From contig CM068748.1 of assembly GCA_035084275.1 (NCBI GenBank), forward strand, positions 8,618,001-8,682,000: a stretch of DNA of 64,000 nucleotides, given 5' to 3'. The notes under the pieces are model-generated. The model searched no databases. It was not told the DNA's origin and saw only the letters and a program-made list of their open reading frames with translations. Shown piece after piece: positions 12,981 to 24,113 of the stretch; position 1 is the stretch's first letter; each line of letters opens with the position of its first letter. This stretch comes from Hydrolagus colliei. Lineage: Eukaryota. The translations under genes were made by a program, and so were the position numbers.

Positions 12981-13487
12981 TAATCGTATGCATCTGCTAA
13001 TCCTAGTACTGGAATGATAACTTGGCAAAATAGCTGGAATATAATGTTCCACATTACAAAGCGTTTTACTATGGCTATAATGGTTATAAAAACAATGCAT
13101 AACAAAAAGTGCTAAATTAATATTTCAGTACACCTATTGAAACTCATCCATTTGGAATTCACAATCTACACTGATAATTCCATGGGGTGCAAGGTAAGAG
13201 ATATTCCTCAGACTCGCTGCCCAGAATAAGGGTAGAGTGTTGTTTTATGTTGTATATACTGTACATACCAGCAATTAACTGGTTTCTAAATTCTGAAATA
13301 TTATACAATGCTGAATTAAATTATTCCTTGTCATCTAGATTTATTTTACAAGAAAACAAACAAAAAATATTTAAATATCCAGACACTATAAGCCTTTTTT
13401 CCATAATCTGATATCATGTTTACCGTGGACATCAATATCAGGCTAGAAGTTCTGCACATCTGTGAAAAAAATACTTAAATTCCACAG

Positions 13488-13830
13488 CTCAATTGGCAGC
13501 ACTCTATAAGTTCAGATCAGTTTGGGTTCAAACTACATGTCAGGATTTTGGCACATTATTTTAGGTTAGCAATCTATTACTTACTGTGAGAGCACTATTT
13601 GTCAGAGGATTTAGTCAAGCAATGTCGTGTCAGAGGTGCGATGCTTTGGATAAGACATTGAACCAAGGACCTCCTGTGGAAATGAAAGATCCCGTGACAC
13701 GGTTTAAAAGAAGAGTTTCTTCCAGTGTCCTAGGTAACAATCCTCCAGATTAGTCGTTCATCTCATGGCAGTTTGTGGACAAATGCAATTATTATTGGAA
13801 ATATTTTGACATGATAAGACATTCTTAAGA
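13488..13830 (+). mobile_element. Old SacSINE1/AmnSINE1-like DeuSINE, largely complete
   Basis: Collinear blocks GGGTTCAA, GTCAGAGGTGC..TTTGGATAAGACATTGAACCAAGG, AAAGATCCCGTGACAC..AAGAAGAG..CCAGTGTCCT, GCAGTTTGTGG. Confidence 0.75.
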
Positions 13831-15379
13831 TGTCCTGCTATGAAATTTTAGCAGTTCAATTCAGAAAAGTCCTACATAATTTGAAGTCGGAACCATTTGC
13901 AGAATCAAGTTCTTCTCTAGATAAAAGGTAAATGAATTAATGCTCCTGAACTGAATTCATAATGTTGGCAATAACCCATGCATTAGGAAAGTAATCATTC
14001 TTTTCAATTGCAATAATACTAAATATTGACAATGAACAACTAACCTCTGCAATGACAATTTACCTGAGCTTCATTAATTCAATACCATAACTGGTCAGAG
14101 CATGAAATTCACATATTGGTCTATTTCACACACTTTTTTTTGTTTCCTCGTCTATTTGTTTACCTAACTCAATCTGAGATGGAGGAAACAAAGCATAAAA
14201 TCACATATTATCATTCCACTCACTGAAAGCAAAGAGCAAACATCGACTCCACAAATGGAGTTACATTGCAACATGAAGATTCATGTTACTCAGAGGAAAC
14301 TGTACTCAATGCAAATCAATTTTAATCCCTTGCAATCCCTTATGCAGATAGTTATTTCAAAACTTTTAAAACGTCTTCCATACTTGTGGTCTGGGATAGT
14401 AATTTGCATGAGGGGCGCTATATAAATACGTTGTTGTTATCCTTGAAATATGGTCATTTTCATCACTCCTCGCCCATGAACACTGTAGCCCTGGTGTCAC
14501 ACTTTTGATCTGGGTTTATCTCAATAGCAGAAGTGAATTCCTGACAATTTGGATTAAAGCTTCATCATGAAATGTTTTGAGATCTCTGTTCTTGTCTGAG
14601 ACACAGTGTATTCAAATGGATAAGCTGTTGCATTATTCAATAGTCTCCACAGAAGTTGGTTTAATTGCAAACCCCTCTCAGCCACATCCGAATGAACAAG
14701 CAGTCAAATGAAAAAGAAACTTTCAAAATAATAATGTCGAAGTTTGTTTATTTTTTGAAGAGAAGATCAAAACCTATTGCTTTTAGGAGGCAAACACTGG
14801 TGATAAAAGTACTGCTGTGTTTTACAGCGATCATCTTGGGAATACTGAAGTTGGATAATGTGCCTCCTGCCTATGATTTGTCTTTATTAAAACCAAAGAG
14901 AAGGATCTGGCTGAGTCATTGAAGCACAACACAAAAAATAAAGTTTCAATTACTATTGTTCAATTTGCCACAACAAGAAATGCCAATTTAACCCAAATCT
15001 GTTCTCAGATTTTTTTTCACATCCGACACCAAACCAGTGTCTTTCGTGGCAATGCTCAAGGTAGAAATGACCCAAGGGTGAACCTGCCTTTGATCCAGAA
15101 GAGGGACTGCTTCTCAGTCAACTCCTTTTATATACTATACACTGTTCTCTTCAAATATTATACACTGTTGACCAAGATAGGGCATCGTTATGATTACAGA
15201 TAAAACTTTTTTGTTGTTGTTTGTTTTTGATTTGTTTTAAAAATATTGAAGATTCTATCCATTTTGTCACCACACAATCTATTGCTGTTTCTGCCTGCTG
15301 CCATCTTTCCTGTAAATCCAATAAATGTACTGGCAACCAAGAATATCTTGGCAAATTAATTTATCAATGCACTCGTCAA

Positions 15380-15900
15380 TGCACCTTCTCCAACCTGAAG
15401 TTTGGTAATCAGTACACCTACTACTGTACTCATTATGCGCAAGTGGAATGCACCAGACCTAATGTTACAGTATCCAATCCATCACATCATCAAGCTACTT
15501 CTTCTTCTTCACCCATCTACTTTTAACAGCAACATTCCCATTAGCTTCTGAATAATATACAGTAGGCTTCATCACAGATATGTCCTTGTGTTAATTCAAG
15601 GACTCTCTTGTTAGCCATTTTTCTTGTCTAGATATTTTAACTCACAACCGTAGCACAGGAACTCAATGCCACCAATCTTCTTACTTCAGCATTTAAAGTG
15701 CAATTTTCACACCACCAGTTAGATTTTATGTGCTGAAGCAATCTATTACTTAGGCATCACCTATGTGTTGCTTTTGCAAATTGCTATCTTCCAATTAATG
15801 CCATTGACCATCTGATGTTATTAAATGACTCAAATGAACAATTTTCTCCATCAGTTCCATCACAATAGTATTCACACACGGATAAATTGCCTGGATATCC
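15380..15900 (-). mobile_element. Very degraded CR1 ORF2 remnant
   Basis: Weak collinear similarity to 43400-43560 (e.g. AACATTCCCATTAGCTT). Confidence 0.35.
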
Positions 15901-16174
15901 ACTTATAGTGTGATTACTTTTGATTTTTCATAGCATTCATTTTTTTAATCCATATACCAAATGTCACTGCTTTATTTTCTCAAAAAGATCTTACAAGCTC
16001 TCTTTTGTATCATCCATCATTAATGTATCCTTGATATACATTTGGTATTTATCAGTTTTCCATTAATCTTCAACAATTATCCAAGTAATTTCTCCATAAA
16101 TTCAAGGATACATTGGGAAAAATTGTATTGACATCACAGCCTCGTCGCTACGGTTGTCTTTTAATCTTCATGAA

Positions 16175-16587
16175 AGCCCTCACTTTCAAGGTCATCCACA
16201 GCCTTGCCCACTCCTACCTCTCTGACCTGCTGACTCCCTACCAACCTACCCGCCCGCTCCATTCAGCGGGCTCTGGTCTGCTTCATATCTCCCCCACAAC
16301 CTGCCCTGCCATTGGTGGCTGGGCTTTCAGCCTCTCTGCTCCCACTCTCTGGAACTCCATCCCACACTCCATCTGCCTCAGTTCTCTTCTTGCTTGCTAC
16401 AAGGCCGGTCTCAAGACCATCTGTTTCAATCGTGCGTTCTGCCACCCACCCAACTCTCTCCTTCCCTTCCCCCATAACCTGCCCCTCCTCCATGCTCGGG
16501 TTCCGACCCCCTGACAGCTCAGCGCCTTGGGACGTCCTCATGACATGAAAGCTCTATAAATGCAATTTTGTTGCTATTGTTGTTGAT
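16175..16587 (+). mobile_element. L2 LINE 3' end (ORF2 C-terminus and 3' UTR)
   Basis: LTFKVIHSLAHSYLSDLLTPYQPTRPL..GGWAFS..PTLWNSIP; tail GCGCCTTGGGACGTCC..(TTG)n. Confidence 0.9.
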
Positions 16588-17274
16588 GGTTATACCCATT
16601 AAAGTCACATCTTTCCCATCAATTCTCATCTGTCGCAGAATATCCACCCTTCATGAATCAACGTTAAAGGCTCACCCACGGACCATGGATTCCCATGAAA
16701 TATTGATAACTTCTCCATTGTATGCAAACAGTTTACAGATCAACAATATACCATTTTGCAGAAGTATGGGTTTGTCATGGTCAATGAGAAGGAAGCAGAT
16801 GGTATTCTTTGGAGTAACTACACCAACACAGTATAGTAGGAGGAAGGCAGTGGGAGGATGCCTCAGTTGTCCAAGCTGGGAACATTCCAGTTAATAATAT
16901 TCAAAAGATCTGATCAGCAGACTTAGTGCAAGGGTGTAAAATTTGCCAGTAATAAATCAAGCAGAAACTGTGGAATCAGAGAAGGCGGCTAAAACATTAA
17001 GAGCTCAATAGGAGAAACAACTAGGCTGATTACTGTCAAATGATGTTACACACAGATAAAATGCAAGGCTACAGTAAATCAGTTTCAACATCCAAGGAGC
17101 CAGTATAGCCTTAGAGTAAATAAATCCTTGAGCTATTAGGCCATATTTCCATTACAGAAAGTCACATGAAAGTCAGTCACCGGCAAGAATTCATAATTGA
17201 TACATGCGATGCAAATTTTAACACAAGGAATGCAAAACTGACTAGAAAGAAAAGTGCATTTTCTTGGACCAATA

Positions 17275-17342
17275 TGAAGATGCAGCCATTTTGCACATAG
17301 CAATGTCCCACAGACAACCGTGGAGTGAGTGACCAATTTTAT
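17275..17342 (-). mobile_element. Deu-domain fragment
   Basis: GCAGCCATTTTGCACATAGCAATGTCCCACAGACA. Confidence 0.65.
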
Positions 17343-18487
17343 TTTAAAGAGAAACACAGGATGGTATTGTTCACTTTAAACAAGAACATTTTACAAGACT
17401 TCACAAAGTACATGGGAGGGGGGCCGGGAATGTTACAGAATTGAGAGAGAGAAAGAGAACACAATGCAATAAAATAGTGATTTGGACTTTTCTTGGCGAG
17501 TGAAGGGATAGATTTATTGTGACAGCCCAGAATGAAGCCCTACATAAAAGATGCAAAGGTATGTTTCTCCCCTATGGGACATTAAGATTCCATATTATAT
17601 ATCACATTATATGAAATGTGGAGGGCCTTGAGTAGTCCCCCAACACGGAATGTGCTATATCAAGTGTGAACATATTATTATAGTCTAAATAAGGCTGTAG
17701 TTACTACTGTACTGCCTAGCATTTTAAATTTAGGAGCAGGGAAGATTACATATACAGTATAGTAGTTGAGTTATAATGAGTGTTTTTGAGCATACTTATT
17801 GTTAAGGTTATTGATAGGGTATTCCCTATTCGTACCGATGATGATTGTAAATAAATCTTCTAGTCACATTTTAATGGATAAAACATTACCTGAGGTGCAT
17901 GTTAAAGGGAGAGCAGATACGTAGTTTATGCTGCGTGGGTATCACTACCAGCTTTGTGATAATATAATAATATGTTCAATTTGTGCCTATTTCCCAGTGA
18001 GTCGAATTGGGGGAATTTGAGTCGGGAGGACAAAACCAATATCCGATTTATGTTAATGAGTAAAATAACTCAACTCAAAAATAATTCAAACTATTTATTG
18101 GCCACAAGCACGCAATCGATGACACTCTGAACTTTAAATTAAGTCATTCATAATAACACATTAAGCTACTTGCGTGTTGAGCCGGGCGGAAAAGCTGACC
18201 AAATTAGAAGTCTCTCCAGGGTAAATTGTGCCAGCCAGTCTCAAACACACTGTATTTATATCTTTGATCATATGTCCTGCCACTCACAAAAAGTGTAGGA
18301 ATAATTAAGACACCGGGGCACTGTGCAAGACAGGATAGCAACAGTCTAACCACCTGCGGGGCAGTGGCCTGACTCTGGTGCACAGGTCACTGCACTATTT
18401 GAGAGACCCCTCAGCCCGCCTACAAACCTATGATTCCACCCCCAATCAAGAATGCCACACAACACTTCCCCAATTTCGCCACTGCAA

Positions 18488-18720
18488 TATAATAATCATT
18501 GCATTTGGTATAGTGGCTTATCATATCTTTAAGATGTCTCAAAGAGCCTCACAGAATATACTGTAAAGTGGATTGGTTATATGTTTTGTGGCCGAAACGT
18601 GGCAGCAAACGTACACATAGAGATGTCCCACAAACAGCCGTGCATTGAACGACTAATTTGTTTGGGGGGGAAGGAATTATGACTTCTGGAAAAGCGAACC
18701 GCCAATCGACGAACAACTGG
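18488..18720 (-). mobile_element. Deu-domain SINE, long form, 5'-truncated
   Basis: Reverse-complement tail, Deu core and CCGCCAATCGACGAACAACTGG segment. Confidence 0.85.
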
Positions 18721-21534
18721 CTTTCAAATTCAACCCACTGCAACCTTGTGGTCTCAGTAGAAAATGTGCTGAGTGGAGGCTTTCCATGCAGAGCAAACAG
18801 AAACAAACGGCTGCTCTCAGTACAGCTCTTTATCTTTCTAGAGCTCAACTACCACCGTCACATGATTTACTTAATTTACAATAGTACTTCCAACAAAAAA
18901 AAACCTAGCCTGCGAGAAAATAAAATGGCTCAATCCTTGAGAGATTTTATTAGTTGAATTTTCAAACAATGGCCGATCAGCAACCATCTCCAGAGGATGA
19001 AATCTGTAGGAGTTTAATTTGCATTTAATTAGCATATTCCATCTACAACATACCTTATCTAAATATTTAATGCTACTTTTTTCAACCTTATAGTCTTGGC
19101 CCAATTTCACAAGCTTTTGTGCGAAAACATTAAATCAGGACACCTTCCATTAAACAGCAAGTGTCTAAATAACAAAGTTGTTAAGATATGATCTCAACTG
19201 TTCTCCCAAAGGGATGGTCCATTTAGATGTTATTGACTTGATCTCGGAATGTCTTAATATAAGGAGTATCGAGTGGAGACTGTGAGAGGTGGAAAGAACT
19301 AACCCTGTCATTACAATGTAAGACGATCACAAAACGAGCAGGATACTAAAGCTAAATACATTTAAGCATTATGGATGATTTGTTTGGTGGCACTGGGGAA
19401 TTGCTCCATATAGATTAAAAAGATGTTCTTGACCTCTCTATGGGGAAAAAAAATCACTAGTTCACATCTGAATTCTTTATTGGTTGGCTGGGTGTCTAAC
19501 ATGTGGAAATCCACATGTATGCAACATAAAAATGTCCGTTTCTGGAATGGAATACATGCTGATTCCCTGGAGAGATGTATTCTGCTTACCTAATTCTACA
19601 GAATATTACATGCAAGTTGATAACAGATAAGGCTTGGGGACTTCAGAGAGTACATTGGTATACTACCACTGCAACATGGGCTAAATATTCCATCAAGGAG
19701 ATAATCCAAGGCATTTTCTGTATTCGCGTAGTGTCTGTGTAAACATACTTTGCTGGTGCCGGACCAATTAATAAACCTAGTATTGACACTCACACGTGTC
19801 ACCTGTATAGTAATGGAAAATTCATAGTCCAAAACAAATATTTTGTGATGCTAATGGTGTATAAAATTAAATGTTTCCTACCTTTATTTCCGAATTGACA
19901 CTGTGACTGAGAAATGACAACAACATCAATTGCTCTTTGTGAATTACACCATCATCTTCCTGCGAGACAGCGTTATTGATTACTACCACATCAATTTCCT
20001 TATCTCAAGTGCAGAAGTCGAATTAAGATCAATTTTCTTCTGCACATTTTGAATAAATTATCAATGTGCTTAAAAAAAATTATATCTCCAAATAATGTGT
20101 TACATATAGTGATCAATCAGTCTGAAATTCTGAGCAAATCAATTTTGCTTTATAATCGTTCATATCAGTTTCAAAATTAGTCTTATTTTTGTGTTGTAGA
20201 TGTTCACCACACCAGAAGCAAAGCATAATTTCCTTAGTTATGGATTAAATTTTAATTGTTTTGTTATTTCAGTAGACAGGACTAAATCAAAACCTCACAT
20301 ATGCAGAAATATGCTCTGCAGCATTTTCTTCACGCTGAGCATCAATTAGAATATAATTGCAGGATTATATAGGGTTAGTGTGACGCAAAGCAGAAGTGTG
20401 ATAGGTTATACTCAAAACGTGCTCATCTCAATTACAGTGAAAAATGACAAGGTCGTACAGTTGATAGCCTGGTATATCCCCACTCTGACCTCTACAACAA
20501 AGCCTTCAAATATATTGGTAGCATATATAATTCAATGAATGGGCTGCCAGCTGAGATAGCTGGGGGAAGGCAGGAGTAGGTGTAAATGAAAAATAAGGGC
20601 CTTGATCGGGCACATTTTGCTAGCATTATATAAATAAGAGTTCATTTATATACCGACACAGAATAGAAATGACATAAGTACATCAAATTTCTGTCGAGGC
20701 TTCAGAAAATAATTTTGTTAGAAGCATCATTGAAATACAATGTGAAAAAAAAACAAGCCACTTTTTGAAAATGGTCTGCAGTGGTCTCACTAAATTGCAC
20801 CAGTGACTAAATATTTTCAAATACTTTATTCAGAAACTGACGATTCTGAAATGTTTTTACCGCATTACTCTTTTGTGAGCGAGTCGGACGAAAAGAAGAC
20901 AGGTACACAATTTCTTACATAAAGTTAGGAAATTCATAACATTCAGTGCTTAGATGAGCTAAGTAGGTAAATCCCAGGAAGTTCTGTATCTTAAGAGGAT
21001 GCACATTTTAAACAATGTGCTTATAGGTCATCTACATTAAATCAATTATCAGATGGCTATTTACCATCTGGAAAGCACTTAAAATGAAATCACATAATAT
21101 TGATAAAGACCTGTTGTAGTTAATTAGGCTTCAAAGCTAATAATTTGTTATGTAATTGCTTGAATTTAGAATTAGAAAATTGAAGGTCAAAGTTATATCA
21201 CCAAATACAATCAGACATCCGTAAATTTGCCAAATAATTCAGGGAGCAAACTACATGCACCAATTTACAGAGATATGTAATTGAAATAAAATGTTAAAAA
21301 GTCAATTGTTTGTTATTAACTTCAAAAAAGTTCTTGAATGCAAGCTTATCCTACTAATAATACCATTTGTGATATTACATTTTGGTGAATTTTGACATAC
21401 TCATCAGATGTTTTGTCCTTCTCTAACAATAACTGCACATAAACTGAACGCAGCGACCAGCTGTGGACAAGTGTCTGACACATGCCATTTTACAATCTTG
21501 AATGGACGGTAAAATAATATACATCAGACATGAT

Positions 21535-21845
21535 GTCCTATAGCTTAATAGTTAGAGCACTCGCCTTATAAGCGAGAGGACCTAGGTTCGATTCCCGGCA
21601 GGGTGAAATGTTGGGCAAATTTTCTTACTCTGCACACCTCTGTTACCCAGCATTAAATAGGAACTTGGTTGTTAGTCAATTGGCAGATCACCTTTCTGCG
21701 GGCAATGATACCCTCAAAAACTAAAAAAATAATAATTTGGTCACTCAATCCACTACTGTTTGTGGGACACTGCCGTGTGGCTGCCACAAAAATACAATCA
21801 GTTCACTTTACGGTATACAGTATTATGAAGTGCTTTGAGATGTCG
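21535..21845 (+). mobile_element. Deu-domain SINE, long form
   Basis: Head with B box GGTTCGATTCC, CTCTGTTACCCAGCA segment, Deu core, partial tail. Confidence 0.9.
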
Positions 21846-22119
21846 AGTTGATTGGTATGTTGAATCAACTCATCCAAAAGTTTAAACATTGATGTTTGCT
21901 AATTTGTGAGATAACAGTATAGTTTGTGTTGGTCTAGGTCAAGAACAACAACAAAGTTACATTTGTAGCGGCTTTCACATTGGGATAAAAATGGGTCAGC
22001 CGATTGTTGAAAAGACAAGTGTAACGTGTGGAGCTGAGAAGCAACTCCTGCTCCTCCCCGGTGTATATAACCATTTCCCTGATCATGTGCAAGGTAGAGT
22101 TCTTGTACATGTCTGACAG

Positions 22120-22480
22120 AAACAACAACAAAAACAACAACTTTGATTTAAATAGCGCCCTCCACGTCGGATGACGCCTCAGAGCGCTTCACAACAACGG
22201 ATTCCTGAACCAAGCCAGGGGCACGGGTAGAAAGGTGACCAAAGGCGCTGTCGAAGAGAAAGGTGGGATCTGAAACTGGGAAGAGAGGAGGTGAGGCGAA
22301 AGGAGTGAGGAAGGGTGTTCCAGAGCCTCGGGGTGTAGTGGCTGAAAGCACGGCCGCCAAGGGTGGAGCGGAGGATTTGGAGGACATGGAGGAGGTCAGA
22401 CCCAGTGGAGTGAAGGCAACGGGTGCTGGTTTGAGGAGAGAAGTGGAGGGATTTGAAAGGGGATGCCCTTTGTTTAAATG
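22120..22480 (-). mobile_element. Relatively young L2 LINE 3' end
   Basis: LHSTGSDLLHV..STLGGRAFSHYTPRLWNTLP; CpGs retained; terminal stem-loop and (CAA)n on plus strand. Confidence 0.9.
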
Positions 22481-23751
22481 AACGTACCTGATCATAAGAG
22501 GCAACAATGGTATATAGACACCAAGCAGTTTCTGCAACAAAAAAAAACAATAATTGGATAACCATCCAACTACACCATCGTTCAACATGCAGTCCCATGG
22601 AAAGGATGTTATACAACACAAGTTATTGTATTAGAAACTGATTAGATTTACTACTGTAATTAGCAGTAATTAAAGATCTAGAATGGAAATCTTTCAAAAT
22701 ATTATATAGCATGAGGTCAATTATATTTTATTGAAAATTGTTAAAGTTAGAACATTCACAAAGTTGTTTACTGTTAGAATGTTGTGTTATGAGGTGGTGT
22801 TCAAGCATTGCAGCTGATGCTCATGAATATTCAACCAACTAGTGATGGCAACAGAGTGATAGAAGAAGCACAGACAGTAGACATCAGACAGATAGAATAT
22901 AGTTTGCTTCTCTCCCTGTCACAGTTGTTCAACATTGTGGGGGGGCAACATTCAATTCACTGACATCCCTTCACAACAGAGTGTAACTAATTTGAGAAAC
23001 ATTCCAAAGCTCAATGCTGCTCTGAATATCCTTTGCAAATTCTGTAACGAAAACCAACTTTCTGAACACACAGCATATCACATTCCGCAATTTCTTTCAT
23101 CATTGATTCTGCACGATTGTCAAAATGTTGAAGTAATGAACAGAACACACATTTAAATTTTATAGACTGGAGCAGAGGACAGATGCACAATATTCAAAGT
23201 ATGTTTGTGCTTCTATTTCAGCAAATCAAGTTAATTGCACCTTTATGTACTGTATACTACTTTGAAATATCCCAAATATTTTGTGTATTTGATTCATTAT
23301 GGTTTGCCTATTGATCTCTTTCAATTCTGATTTCAAATACAGATCTGAAACCTGCATCGTGTAACCAATTCACCTTCCTTGTTGCCTCTCTAGCAGATTC
23401 TGGAATTGTGCATCACATGTATTCTTTTATCCCCGTGGCTGCTGTTTTCATTGAACACATTGATACAGAAAGTAGCTTTCTCTGTGCCATTTTGAAAGGT
23501 ACAGTTTGTTTCAACTGCACCATTTTTACACATAAATTCAATATTAGACTGAAAATTAATTTTGGAAGAAACCATCAAATATAATCATGGCACTGGATGT
23601 TGTGCTGATAACTTCAGCATCAAACCTGTTTCACAGATAAGTGCCATCATGTCTGGCATCTGTGAACAAAACACAAGAGCCAATTTGTGCACATACAGTC
23701 AAAATACCTGAAGAAAACCAAGACAAACTACTGATCTTTTAACATCTGAAA

Positions 23752-23812
23752 AACAACAAAATTACATATATATAGCACCTTTCACGTTGAGAGGACGTCC
23801 CAAGGCACTGGA
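23752..23812 (-). mobile_element. Very short L2 3'-tail insertion
   Basis: TATAGCACCTTTCACGTTGAGAGGACGTCCCAAGGCAC. Confidence 0.8.
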
Positions 23813-23904
23813 AAAAGAGGCAGATGGGACCTTAGTTTAACTTCTCATTCATTATATAGCAGTCAATGACACCCTAAATGAAATATTTCCCCAGTACTTC
23901 CCCA

Positions 23905-24113
23905 TTCACATTTTGAAGACTGAGGTAGATAGATATCCCTTGTACAATGGTACTACCATTGTACTACCACCATTACCATGGTACTTTTTTACAAGGGATT
24001 TGTTAGGTCAGGGAACTAGGGATATGGGGCAAGGGTGGATAACTAGACTTGAGGTACAGATCGGACATAAAGTGGTGCAACAGGCTTGAGGGACTGAATA
24101 GCCTATGTTTCTA
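23905..24113 (+). mobile_element. CR1 LINE 3' end
   Basis: AAGACTGAGGTAGATAGAT..GGGATATGGGGCAAGG..TTGAGGTACAGATC..CAGGCTTGAGGGACTGAATAGCCTA, similar to the reverse complement of 42900-43050. Confidence 0.8.
23937..23997. mobile_element. 61-bp MITE-like non-autonomous DNA transposon
   Basis: Perfect terminal inverted repeats CCCTTGTA/TACAAGGG, AT on both flanks, internal TACCAT/ATGGTA repeats. Confidence 0.7.

Noticed and set aside
18351-18366. CCACCTGCGGGGCAG as a CTCF site
   Set aside because: Spacing is one base off the core consensus and it has mismatches
21535-21600. tRNA-like sequences with A/B boxes (also 2063, 36712, 52986, 61800)
   Set aside because: SINE heads: no complete acceptor stem, and each continues into SINE body
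23921-23940. TGAGGTAG let-7-like seed
   Set aside because: Part of a CR1 3' end; rest of let-7 and its hairpin absent
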